A DNA stretch of 64,000 nucleotides from Candidatus Altiarchaeota archaeon (GTDB lineage Archaea > Altiarchaeota > Altiarchaeia > IMC4 > SCGC-AAA252-I15): assembly GCA_043800255.1 (NCBI GenBank), contig JAZDNF010000008.1, positions 1 through 64,000 on the forward strand. The letters are read 5' to 3'. The notes under the pieces are model-generated. The model was not told the origin of the DNA, did not search any database, and saw only the letters and a program-made list of their open reading frames with translations. Below are positions 27,700-36,902 of the stretch, piece by piece. Within the stretch, counting starts at the first letter, position 1. Every line of letters begins with the position of its first letter. A program made the translations under genes and the position numbers.

Positions 27700-30339
27700 C
27701 TACTTCTTCTTTCTGGGATTCTTTATCTGGGCGTGCGCTGCGGCCAGGCGCGCTATCGGCACCCTGTATGGGCTGCAGGACACGTAGTCGAGGCCGACAT
27801 TGTGGCAGAATTCCACAGAAGATGGGTCTCCTCCGTGTTCGCCGCATATCCCAACCTTGAGGTTGTTCCTGGTCTTCCTGCCTTTTTTCACGCCCATCTC
27901 AACGAGCTGGCCGACTCCCGTCTGGTCCAGGGACTGGAACGGGTCAACGTCGAGTATCTTCTTCTCTATGTATTCCGGCAGGAACTTTCCTGCGTCGTCC
28001 CTCGAGAATCCGTAGGTCATCTGGGTCAGGTCATTGGTGCCGAAACTGAAGAACTCGGCCTCCTCTGCTATCAGGTCGGCTGTGAGAGCGGCTCTCGGAA
28101 TCTCTATCATGGTGCCGACCTTGTAGTCAACTTTGACCTTCTGCTCCTTTATCACGCTCTCGGCCGTCTTGACTGTGAGGTCTGTCAGGAGCTTCAGCTC
28201 CTTTATTTCACAAACCAGAGGTATCATTAGCTCAGGCCTGACGTCTACTTTCTTCTTCTTGAGCTCGCATGCTGCCTCCATTATGGCGGTGACCTGGATC
28301 TCGCATATCTCCGGGTAGGTGACTGCGAGCCTGCATCCCCTGTGGCCCAGCATCGGGTTGATCTCATGCAGTGATTTAATCTTAGCCTTCAGTTTTTCGA
28401 CTGAAACTCCCATCTCGGCGGAAAGCTCTGTTATCTCCCTGTCCTGGGTGGGCAGGAACTCGTGCAACGGCGGGTCCAGAAGCCTTATAGTGACAGGTTT
28501 GCCTGCCATCACCTTGAATATGCCGATGAAGTCTGACTTCTGCATCGGAAGCAGTTTCTTCAGTGCCTTCCTCCTGCCGGCTTCGTCCGACGATAGTATC
28601 ATCTCCCTCATCGCCTTTATCCTGTCAGCCTCGAAGAACATGTGCTCTGTCCTGCAGAGGCCTATGCCTTCAGCGCCGAAGTCGAGCGCGACCTTAGAGT
28701 CTTTGGGCGTGTCGGCGTTGGTTCTGACGCCGATAACCCTCATCTTGTCGGCCAGCTTCATGAGCGTCTTGAACTCCTTTGACATCTCAGGCTCTATCAG
28801 CTCAACTTCGCCCAGGATGACTTCGCCGGTGTTGCCGTTCAACGCTATGACCTCGCCCTCCTTGACCATGAACTCGCCGACCGTGAACTGATGCTTATCA
28901 TAGTCCACTTCTATCTTCTCGCAGCCTGCGATGCAGCATTTGCCCATGCCTCTCGCAACCACTGCAGCGTGGGAGGTCATGCCGCCTCTTGAAGTCAGTA
29001 TGCCCTGCGCCACGGCCATGCCGTGTATGTCCTCAGGGCTTGTTTCAGTTCTTACCAGGATCACCTTCTCGCCTTCGCCGCTCAGCCGTTCAGCGTCGTC
29101 GGCGTTGAATACGACCTTCCCTACTGCCGCTCCCGGCGACGCGGGAAGGCCTTTCGCGATAACCTGGAGTCTTGCTTCCAGGTTTATCTGTTTGTGCAAC
29201 AGCTGATTTATCTGGTCAGGTTTAACCCTGAGGATGGCAGTCTTCTCGTCTATGAGGCCCTCGCGGGCCATGTCAACCGCTGCCTTAACTGCGGCTTGGG
29301 CTGTCCGCTTCCCATCCCTTGTCTGGAGCACATAGAGTGTGCCGTCCTCTATCGTGAACTCGAAATCCTGTATGTCCTTGAAGTGCTTTTCGAGTATGCT
29401 GTAGACTTTCAACAGCTCCTTGTACGCCTTTGGAATGTACTTTTTGAGGTCGTCTATGGCTTGCGGCGTCCTTATTCCTGCGACCACATCCTCGCCTTGG
29501 GCGTTGAGCAGGAACTCCCCGTAGTGCTCTTTCTCCCCTGTGGCAGGGTTCCTTGTGAAGGAGACCCCGGTTGCGGAGTTGTTGCCTGTGTTCCCGAAGA
29601 CCATCGTCTGCACGTTCACTCCGGTGCCGAGGTCGTCAGGTATTCGGTGGAGTTTCCGGTATGTGATGGCTCTCTTCGTGTTCCATGATTCGAACACCGC
29701 GTTGATGGCCATCTTCAGCTGCTTCTGCGGGTCGTCCGGGAACTTCATGCCGGTCTCGGACTCTACGAGCTTCTTGTACCTTATCACAACCTCCATCAGC
29801 GCTTTCGCGTCCAGGTCGGTGTCGAGTTTCGCCCTGTTCTCCTCCTTCACCTTTTCGAGAATCTTTTCGAATTTCTCGTGCGGCACTCCGAGGACTACGT
29901 CGCCGAACATGTTGACGAACCTCCTGTAGGAGTCGTAGGCCATGCGCTCGTTCTTGGTCTTCCTTATGAGGCCGTTCAGGGTGTCGTCATTCAATCCGAG
30001 GTTGAGGACTGTGTCCATCATCCCAGGCATCGAGAACTTCGCGCCGGAGCGTATTGATACCAGCAGGGGGTTGTCTTTTCCGCCGAACTTTTTCCCAGAC
30101 ACCTTCTCCAGCCTGCTCATGTTCTGCGCAATCTGCCTGTCAAGTCCTTCAGGATGCTTCTTCCGGTTCTTATAATATAGTATGCAGGCGTCAGTCGTTA
30201 TCGTGAAACCTGGCGGGATAGGCAGACCTATGTTAGTCATCTCAGCTAGGTTGGCGCCCTTACCGCCTAAGAGCGCTTTCATCTTCGAAGTCCCGTCGGC
30301 TTTTCCAGCGCCGAAAAAGTAAACGAATTTTTTGGCCAT
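27700..30339 (-). CDS. ppdK: Pyruvate, phosphate dikinase
   Basis: LLGGKGANLAEM, SMPGMMDT, GGMTSHAAVVAR, SFGTNDLTQ. Confidence 0.97.
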   Translation of the reverse strand: MAKKFVYFFGAGKADGTSKMKALLGGKGANLAEMTNIGLPIPPGFTITTDACILYYKNRKKHPEGLDRQIAQNMSRLEKVSGKKFGGKDNPLLVSIRSGAKFSMPGMMDTVLNLGLNDDTLNGLIRKTKNERMAYDSYRRFVNMFGDVVLGVPHEKFEKILEKVKEENRAKLDTDLDAKALMEVVIRYKKLVESETGMKFPDDPQKQLKMAINAVFESWNTKRAITYRKLHRIPDDLGTGVNVQTMVFGNTGNNSATGVSFTRNPATGEKEHYGEFLLNAQGEDVVAGIRTPQAIDDLKKYIPKAYKELLKVYSILEKHFKDIQDFEFTIEDGTLYVLQTRDGKRTAQAAVKAAVDMAREGLIDEKTAILRVKPDQINQLLHKQINLEARLQVIAKGLPASPGAAVGKVVFNADDAERLSGEGEKVILVRTETSPEDIHGMAVAQGILTSRGGMTSHAAVVARGMGKCCIAGCEKIEVDYDKHQFTVGEFMVKEGEVIALNGNTGEVILGEVELIEPEMSKEFKTLMKLADKMRVIGVRTNADTPKDSKVALDFGAEGIGLCRTEHMFFEADRIKAMREMILSSDEAGRRKALKKLLPMQKSDFIGIFKVMAGKPVTIRLLDPPLHEFLPTQDREITELSAEMGVSVEKLKAKIKSLHEINPMLGHRGCRLAVTYPEICEIQVTAIMEAACELKKKKVDVRPELMIPLVCEIKELKLLTDLTVKTAESVIKEQKVKVDYKVGTMIEIPRAALTADLIAEEAEFFSFGTNDLTQMTYGFSRDDAGKFLPEYIEKKILDVDPFQSLDQTGVGQLVEMGVKKGRKTRNNLKVGICGEHGGDPSSVEFCHNVGLDYVSCSPYRVPIARLAAAHAQIKNPRKKK

Positions 30340-30375
30340 TTTGAAGTAATATCTATGGAAGATGTTGCTTAAAAA

Positions 30376-31344
30376 TTAACTCCCTCTCTTGAAGCGTTCG
30401 ATTATGTTCTTTATCTCATCCGTCGGTTTTATTTCATAGGCTGTCTTGTAGTATTCGAGGGCGATGTCCTTCTCCCCGCTCAGGTTGAAGATGTGCCCCA
30501 GGTTGTAGTATGCCGGCAGACATCCGGGGTCGACGTCTAGCGCAGTTTGGTACTCGTCTATCGCTCCCGTCAGGTTGCCCTGTGACGCGAGTATGTTGCC
30601 TGCCTGGACATAGACTTCAGGGGATTCAGCGTCAAGTTCCTTCAGTTTTTCAAGCAGGCCTAATGCTGGCTCGTGCTTGCCCTGCGACTCCAGCAGGAGG
30701 GCCTTCTCGTACAATGCGTCCCTGTCCTTTGGGTTTATCTTAAGCGACCTGTCAAAACATTCAAGAGCCTCGAGAATCCTGCCCAGCTCCTTCATAAGCA
30801 GCCCCTTCTGGTAGTATACTCCTGCAAGATTCGGGTTCTTTTCCAGCGCCAGGTTATAGTATTTTTCAGTTTTCACGTAATCCCTTCTTTCCATCGCTAT
30901 CGCCCCGACTGTGAAATAAGTCTGCTCGGAGTCCAGGCCCAGTTTTATCGCCTTCATGAGGGACTCCTCAGCCAGGTCGTACTCTTTCTTCTTGTATAGT
31001 ACCAGCCCCACCCTGTTATAGGATCTTGCGTGAAGCGGGTCCATCTTAAGGACTTTCTGGTATTCCTCAAGGGCGAGCACGTATTTTTTCGATTTCTCGA
31101 GCGTGAGGCCCAGATGGTAGACGGCGTCCTTGAAGTTCGGTTTGAGCGTTAAGGCCCTCTCGAAGTTCTTTATCGCGACATCGTACTCGCCGTTGCGGTA
31201 TAGTGCAAGCCCGAGCGCATAGTGGTTTGTTGATATCCTGGGCTCCAATGCGACGGCGCGCTTGTAGTATTTTACGGCCTCAGAGTATTTTCCTTTCCGG
31301 TATAATTCATCCCCGTTTTTGGAGTATTCTTCAGCCTTCCCCAT
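30376..31344 (-). CDS. TPR protein
   Basis: About 9 tandem TPRs. Confidence 0.88.
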   Translation of the reverse strand: MGKAEEYSKNGDELYRKGKYSEAVKYYKRAVALEPRISTNHYALGLALYRNGEYDVAIKNFERALTLKPNFKDAVYHLGLTLEKSKKYVLALEEYQKVLKMDPLHARSYNRVGLVLYKKKEYDLAEESLMKAIKLGLDSEQTYFTVGAIAMERRDYVKTEKYYNLALEKNPNLAGVYYQKGLLMKELGRILEALECFDRSLKINPKDRDALYEKALLLESQGKHEPALGLLEKLKELDAESPEVYVQAGNILASQGNLTGAIDEYQTALDVDPGCLPAYYNLGHIFNLSGEKDIALEYYKTAYEIKPTDEIKNIIERFKRGS

Positions 31345-31379
31345 GCTGTTGACTATTAGAATCCCGATAAAAATAGGCC

Positions 31380-31787
31380 CTACTCTTTCTCGCCTTTGGC
31401 CTGCAGTATCTTCCGCTTGCCTTCGACGTCCATGAAAAGCACCTCCCTGCCTTCAGTCATGGCGTCCTTCAGTTCACGCTCGCTTGGCATCGGGAGCTCG
31501 AAAGTCTCGTAGGTTTCCAAGTCCATCAGCTGCACGTTGTCGCCTATTACGTTAAGCACCTGCGCGCTTTTCTTGTTTATTATCGGGACCTCAACCTTTT
31601 CGCCGACCGGCCCCATCAGAGTCTTCTTGTTGCCGTTGAAGATGTCCTCAGCCACTATCTGCGCCTTGGCGCCTCCGTGTTTCCCTGGCTTTGATTTTGT
31701 TATGGATGTTACCCTGCATGGAAGGTCATCGATTACCACATACCGTCCCACTTTCAAGTCCTTGATCTCCTCTATCTTCCGGTTCAT
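31380..31787 (-). CDS. eif5a: Translation factor aIF5A
   Basis: SKPGKHGGAK hypusine motif. Confidence 0.95.
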   Translation of the reverse strand: MNRKIEEIKDLKVGRYVVIDDLPCRVTSITKSKPGKHGGAKAQIVAEDIFNGNKKTLMGPVGEKVEVPIINKKSAQVLNVIGDNVQLMDLETYETFELPMPSERELKDAMTEGREVLFMDVEGKRKILQAKGEKE

Positions 31788-31873
31788 CCTATCACCTTTC
31801 TTACTTATAGTCCTTCGGGTATATAAACTTCCTAAAATTTTGATTTTTATTCTCGTTTTGTTCTTAATATGAG

Positions 31874-31969
31874 ATGGAACCTATCTGCGATGACTGTCCG
31901 AATGTGAGTGGCTGTGATTTTTCTTCTAAGGGCAGGGGAGTCGTCTGGTGCGCTGGCTTCAACGGATAG
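31874..31969 (+). CDS. Putative Cys-rich micro-protein (31 aa)
   Basis: Manual translation MEPICDDCPNVSGCDFSSKGRGVVWCAGFNG*; TTTTTATT box upstream. Confidence 0.5.
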   Translation: MEPICDDCPNVSGCDFSSKGRGVVWCAGFNG

Positions 31970-32007
31970 CGCAGAGTGTCTTCTTGCAGGGGATTATAGA
32001 GAAAAAG

Positions 32008-32098
32008 GGTGAGGCTTCAGTCTTATGCGATTCAGCCAGATCAGTGTAAGCAGAGGTGTTTACTGATACATAGATTCATAGGTAATCCGAGCCTCACC
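32008..32098 (-). ncRNA. Candidate small rod-like ncRNA
   Basis: 9-bp perfect terminal inverted repeat plus inner hairpin; on the - strand a TATA-like CTTTTAAA lies upstream and a T-tract downstream. Confidence 0.4.
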
Positions 32099-32172
32099 AT
32101 AATCATATGGTACTAAGGGTTTAAAAGATTGTCGGTTGCTGGTTTTAATACTTTTTCAACAATATGTAACCC

Positions 32173-32700
32173 ATGTTGGGCAATATACTGCATGGCCTGT
32201 GGTTCATACTTCCGGCCTATTTTGCCAATTCTATAGCAATAGACGTCACAGTTCTGCCTTTTCTTAAGCGCCTGAGCGCTCCAGTAGACTTCGGGAAAAG
32301 CTTGAGGGGGAGGAGGCTATTGGGCGACGGTAAGACTTGGAGAGGCCTGTTCTCGGGCGTCCTCGGCGGGACTTTCGTCGGCTTCCTCATGTCCTACTAT
32401 CAGCCGGCTGCCATAGGGTTTGCGCCTATGACTGTGAAGCTCGCGTTTCTGCTCTCTCTGGGGGCGATGTTGGGCGACATGACAGCCAGCGCCATAAAAA
32501 GGCAGTCAAGGTTCGAGAGGGGAAGCGCTATCCCATTCCTCGACCAGCTTGATTACATATTCGGCGCTTTTTTCCTGGCGTGGACTGTGGTTCCAGTCGA
32601 CATTAGCCTTTTCCTGACAGTCTGCGTAGTCACTCTGCCGCTGCACGTTTTTGCGAACATCGTCGCCTGGGCGTTGAAGATAAAAAGCGTTCCCTGGTAA
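32173..32700 (+). CDS. carS: CDP-archaeol synthase
   Basis: PAYFAN, PVDFG, GDGKTWRG, GDM.AS.IKR, LDQLD. Confidence 0.93.
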   Translation: MLGNILHGLWFILPAYFANSIAIDVTVLPFLKRLSAPVDFGKSLRGRRLLGDGKTWRGLFSGVLGGTFVGFLMSYYQPAAIGFAPMTVKLAFLLSLGAMLGDMTASAIKRQSRFERGSAIPFLDQLDYIFGAFFLAWTVVPVDISLFLTVCVVTLPLHVFANIVAWALKIKSVPW

Positions 32701-32701
32701 C

Positions 32702-34039
32702 ATGAGCTATGACGCCATAGTTGTCGGAGGCGGGATAAGCGGTCTGCTTTCAGCCCTCGTGTTGACGAAGGAGGAGAAGGATGTCATCCTCCTGGAGAGG
32801 GATTCTTTTGTAGGCGGCAATGTGCGCTCCTACGAGCTCGAAGGCTACAGGGTGGACACGGGCCCTCATGCGATAACGTACATAAATGATGGGCCTCTGC
32901 GGGAGCTCATGGACAGGTACTTTGTGAGGGTTCCCGAGTTCCTGCCTTATGGGAAGTATTATGTGAGGGATTCCAGGAATTTTCTGCCTTTCCCGTGGAC
33001 TATGCTGGCTTGGGCCAGGTTCGCCATTCTCCCTCTGGAGGACAGGCTGCAGCTTATAAAGGTGATGGGCTCCGCGATGACGGCATCGGCTTTCAGGGGA
33101 GTCGACCTCAACGCCAGCCTTTACGACTATCTCAGAGCGTGCAGGCTGTCTGACAGGACATGGAAGTTCGTCGACGCCCTCTCCTATTTCATGAGCGGGA
33201 AGTCGATGAAAGAGATGCCAGCCTGGAGGATGCTTAAGGGAGCCAGGTACGTGCAGGAGACCGATAGAAGGAGTCTTGGCGAAAGATTTCGTAAAGTGCT
33301 CAAGCTCTTCAGCTATGATGGAGCCTACCACCAGGGCTATCCGCGTGAGGGCTTGGGCGACATACTATCCTGTCTTCTGGATTCCATCCCTGTGGAGAGG
33401 TTCCAGCTGAAGTTGGACTCCAATGTCGAGTCGATTCTCGTGTCAGACGGCAAAGTCAGAGGGGTTTCCACCTCTGATGAGACGTTCGACTCGGATCTTG
33501 TCATATACTCAGGGTGTGCGAGCCAGCTTCCGAATCTTGTGGGAGGCCTTCCAGAGGAGTATGCGAAGAAGCTGTCGTCCCTTGAGCAGTCGACTTCTGT
33601 CAGCATATGGCTGGGCTTCGGGAAGCGGCTGCCGGAGCTGGATTACGTTGGCTCTGAGATATGGTTCGAGAGCGGGAAACCGTACTGGGGGATGCCAACC
33701 TCTAACTATAACAGCAGGTTCGCCCCTGATGGGAAGCAGCTTGCAGTGTTCACATCCTATGTTGAAGGCGACGCCAGAAAGGCCGAATCAGAGCTTCTGG
33801 AGACGGTCTATTCCGCTATACCGTCTGCCGAGGGGAATGCCGAATTCAAGCATGTTCAGGTCACCCACCCTGAGAAGGCTGCGCTGTCTGTCAATTATCA
33901 GTTCCCACAGGCTTCTACTCCTGTCGCCGGATTGTATCTTGTCGGCACCGACACTGACATGAGGAGCATGGGCATCACGCGGGCTGCGTTCTCTGTTCAG
34001 ACTCTTGTGGGCCTGCTAAAACAGAAGAAGACGTTATGA
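32702..34039 (+). CDS. FAD-dependent oxidoreductase (phytoene desaturase-like)
   Basis: VVGGGISGL, DTGPH, GLYLVG. Confidence 0.85.
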   Translation: MSYDAIVVGGGISGLLSALVLTKEEKDVILLERDSFVGGNVRSYELEGYRVDTGPHAITYINDGPLRELMDRYFVRVPEFLPYGKYYVRDSRNFLPFPWTMLAWARFAILPLEDRLQLIKVMGSAMTASAFRGVDLNASLYDYLRACRLSDRTWKFVDALSYFMSGKSMKEMPAWRMLKGARYVQETDRRSLGERFRKVLKLFSYDGAYHQGYPREGLGDILSCLLDSIPVERFQLKLDSNVESILVSDGKVRGVSTSDETFDSDLVIYSGCASQLPNLVGGLPEEYAKKLSSLEQSTSVSIWLGFGKRLPELDYVGSEIWFESGKPYWGMPTSNYNSRFAPDGKQLAVFTSYVEGDARKAESELLETVYSAIPSAEGNAEFKHVQVTHPEKAALSVNYQFPQASTPVAGLYLVGTDTDMRSMGITRAAFSVQTLVGLLKQKKTL

Positions 34040-34587
34040 ACCGTAAGGTAAAACATTTTTTCATAGTCTCATCCCTGCTAGGAGTCTTAGATTATATCAC
34101 AACAGCGTTGGCTGCTGCCGCTGTCGGCTTGGAGTATGAGTCTAACAGGCTGGTCGCTTCCCTCATAGGGCAGTCAAATAGTCCTGCATTGTTGTTGGCG
34201 TCTTTTTCCATGGGTTTGGGCTGCGTTCTGTTGTACGAGGGTTTTGGCAGGTTAAGGGCTGGGTCGGGGCATACGATGGCTTTGGCCTTTGTAGGCGCCC
34301 AGCTGACTGTCGTAGTCTCGAACATGGCATCCTTCGCTTTTGGAATGTCTTACATCAACCATCAGTGGATTCTCTACCCTGTTCTGGCTCTTCTAACTTA
34401 TAGTGGAGTATTCTATGCTTCTGACAGGAGGAATCTTCCAACAACAATCGGGTGCGTTTTTTTGAGCGTGCTGTCAGCCTTCTTCCTTTACTTTTTTATC
34501 GGCCTCAGGTTTCAAGCTTATTATATGGCCCCGTTGCTCGGCGTAATGCTCTTCAAGGCCGTTGTTGAGGTGTCAAAAAGGGGTTAG
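34036..34587 (+). CDS. Membrane protein (DUF5658-like N-terminus)
   Basis: LDYITT..E.N motif, several TMs. Confidence 0.6.
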   Translation: MNRKVKHFFIVSSLLGVLDYITTALAAAAVGLEYESNRLVASLIGQSNSPALLLASFSMGLGCVLLYEGFGRLRAGSGHTMALAFVGAQLTVVVSNMASFAFGMSYINHQWILYPVLALLTYSGVFYASDRRNLPTTIGCVFLSVLSAFFLYFFIGLRFQAYYMAPLLGVMLFKAVVEVSKRG

Positions 34588-34963
34588 ACGTTCTCCTCGA
34601 ATGCCTTTTTTATAAGAGCTAATAGTTCGCTTTTTTGAATGGTTTCTTCAGGTAATAGTTTTTCGCGTGATTTCGTATGAACTCTTCCTTCTCCTCCCTG
34701 CCCAGATCAACAACAGTTAAGTAGATTATGGGTATTTCAGCCCACTCTTTAGCTTCTCGTATAAGCCTTCTGACCTCACGACCGTCCATCCCCGGCATCA
34801 GAACATCCAACAGTATGAGGTCTATCCTCTCTGCAGCCATCAGATTCAGGCATTCCTCGCCTCCGTAGGCTATGAGGACGTCATAGCCTTCCCTCTTGAG
34901 CAGAGTCTCCAGCAACTCCACTATCTCAGCATCGTCGTCGACGACGAGGACTGTCCTGCCCAT
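34584..34963 (-). CDS. Stand-alone response regulator receiver; apparent 1-nt frameshift near the 3' end (in-frame stop at 34619)
   Basis: VLVVDDD, LLDVLMPGMDG, KPF; the final helix SELLALIKKAFEENV is in another frame after an A6 run. Confidence 0.8.
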
Positions 34964-35089
34964 GATCATATTATTGAAAGGAAAAATTTATATATGAAAC
35001 GAGGGCAGATGTGAGAAGAATTACGCCGAGGTTTGCGCAAGCCTATCCGGCTTGCTAACCTCTGCGTTCACCTTAACTATTGCCATTAA

Positions 35090-35125
35090 GAGCCACTAAG
35101 CGAACGAAGTGAGCGCATGTGGCTC
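35090..35125 (+). repeat. TAAGCGA..GAGCGCAT hairpin module, copy 1
   Basis: gagccac-TAAGCGA-acGAAgt-GAGCGCAT-gtggctc. Confidence 0.8.
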
Positions 35126-35150
35126 ATTTGATGAACCTTTGGAAAAGGTT

Positions 35151-35307
35151 CGCCGAGGTTGGGATTTGAACCCAAGTGGCCACAAGGACCACGGACTAGC
35201 TGCCACCTTGTCTTGTTTTTTCTTTTTCGTGCACGTTTTTCTTTTTTTCTAAAAAAGAAAAAGGTGCTAGCAGGCCCGCGCGTTAGACCATACTCCGCCA
35301 CCTCGGC
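35151..35307 (-). tRNA. tRNA-Ser(GCT) with 70-nt canonical intron (35198-35267)
   Basis: Acceptor GCCGAGG/CCTCGGC, G73, long variable arm, TTCAAAT loop, BHB CTGC/GCAG with 3-nt bulges. Confidence 0.93.
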
Positions 35308-35442
35308 ATTGTGTTATCGGGTTTTGTTATCCTCTTGGCGAGGTGGTGGGTCTGAGCCCTTGCAGGGCGAAGCTGACCGCCACCTCAGCATTTTATGGCG
35401 ATGTTAACGACCCTCAGGTCGCGACCACCTCGGCATAAAAAA

Positions 35443-35619
35443 TTATTCTAGCTTCTCTGCCTCGTCGATGAGCATTATGGGTATGTCGTCTTCCACCCTG
35501 TATTTGAGTTTGCAGGCGTGGCATGTGAGGTAGTGCTCTTTCTTGTTGTTCACGTACTCGAGGTCGCCTTTGCATTTGGGGCATGCGAGTATGTCCAGTA
35601 GTTTTTTGTCTAATGCCAT
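35443..35619 (-). CDS. trm112: Trm112 family protein
   Basis: Manual translation MALDKKLLDILACPKCKGDL..C..C..Y.VEDDIPIMLIDEA. Confidence 0.9.
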   Translation of the reverse strand: MALDKKLLDILACPKCKGDLEYVNNKKEHYLTCHACKLKYRVEDDIPIMLIDEAEKLE

Positions 35620-35652
35620 TTTTGGTGTAATATTTTAGTTCAAGGGCTTATA

Positions 35653-36621
35653 TTAATCGCTTTTCCACATGCGGGGGTAGACGCCGGTTTCCATGAAAAC
35701 CCTTTTGGATTTGACTATTTCCCCTTTTTTGAGTTCCAGCATCTGTTTCGAGTCGGTAAGGGCTTTTCCGACTGATATGAGCTCCCCTTTGAGGGTGGTT
35801 ATCGCAACATGGTCTCCTGCTTTTATGCCGGATTCCAGCTTCGACACTCCCGGCGCTTTCAGGGTTGCGCCGTGGCATATGGAGTCAACGGCGCCGTCTT
35901 TGACCCAGATTTTTGGCATCCCCTTGAGGGCGTCTTCCACGTGTGTCAGGCGTTCAATAAGTTTGCGGCTGTCTCCCTGCTTGTGGTATTCGAAGGCGTC
36001 TCTCAGATCATGCAGTCTGATGCAGTCGTCCTCGGTTATCCATCCTACCTTAGTCCTCCTGAGTTCGAGCATGTGCGCTCCGACTCCGAGGACTGTGCCG
36101 ATGTCGTGGCAGAGTTTTCTGACGTATGTGCCTGCCTCGCAGTTCACCTTCAGGAGGACTTTTCTCCCGTCTTTTTCGAGGATGACGATTTTGTGGATTG
36201 TCCTGACTCTGAGCTCTCTTTTGACTGCTGACTTCAGGGGCGGGCGCTGGTATATGCCGCCTGTGAATTCTCTTAGCACGCCTTCCAGGTCTTTGTCAGG
36301 CACTTCCTTGTGCAGTTCCAGGATGCCTACGTACTCTTTGTTCAGGTTCAGGAAGGTCAGCACTCTGGTGGCATACTCTAGTCCTATGGGGAGCACTCCA
36401 GTAACGTTCGGGTCCAGTGTTCCTGAGTAGCCTGCCTTTTCGATGCCAAGCATCCTCTTCACCCACACTGTGACCTGGTGGGATGTGGGGCCGCTTGGCT
36501 TGTTGAGGTAGACGAAGCTCTTTTTCAGTCTTTCTTCGACTGTTCTAGAATCTGGCTCGCAGCCGAAATCTGGGTTCGTCTTCTCCTCGTCTTTTACGAG
36601 AATGTCCTTGGCGCCTTCCAT
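35653..36621 (-). CDS. cbf5: H/ACA pseudouridine synthase Cbf5
   Basis: KPSGPTSHQV, GTLDP, EAGTYVRKLCHD, PUA domain. Confidence 0.95.
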   Translation of the reverse strand: MEGAKDILVKDEEKTNPDFGCEPDSRTVEERLKKSFVYLNKPSGPTSHQVTVWVKRMLGIEKAGYSGTLDPNVTGVLPIGLEYATRVLTFLNLNKEYVGILELHKEVPDKDLEGVLREFTGGIYQRPPLKSAVKRELRVRTIHKIVILEKDGRKVLLKVNCEAGTYVRKLCHDIGTVLGVGAHMLELRRTKVGWITEDDCIRLHDLRDAFEYHKQGDSRKLIERLTHVEDALKGMPKIWVKDGAVDSICHGATLKAPGVSKLESGIKAGDHVAITTLKGELISVGKALTDSKQMLELKKGEIVKSKRVFMETGVYPRMWKSD

Positions 36622-36622
36622 T

Positions 36623-36859
36623 TCAGGGGAGGTCGGCTTTCTTCATCGCGTCTAACACTGTTTTACTGTCCGCGCCTTTCTTGATTTTCACTGTCGCGGG
36701 GAGGGGTTCGATGTGTTTGATGTTTACTTTGCCTCTTTTGACGTTCTCCCCTTCCACTATTACGGTGTTCTTGTCTGCGGTGTCTGCTATCACGCAGTAT
36801 TCGCCAGCGTCGTTTCCGCGCAGTTTGACGCAGACTCTTCCAACTTCTATCAAAGCCAT
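36623..36859 (-). CDS. rpl14e: 50S ribosomal protein L14e
   Basis: IEVGRVCVK..G..AG, NIKHIEP. Confidence 0.93.
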   Translation of the reverse strand: MALIEVGRVCVKLRGNDAGEYCVIADTADKNTVIVEGENVKRGKVNIKHIEPLPATVKIKKGADSKTVLDAMKKADLP

Positions 36860-36902
36860 TTTGAGATAAATGATAGGGTGTTCAGCCTTAAAAAGTAAAC
36901 GC

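Noticed and set aside
12652-30339. Co-occurrence of ppsA and ppdK
   Set aside because: Common in anaerobic archaea and bacteria.
35086-35407. Track ORFs over tRNA-Ser
   Set aside because: They overlap a tRNA and repeats and give low-complexity translations.
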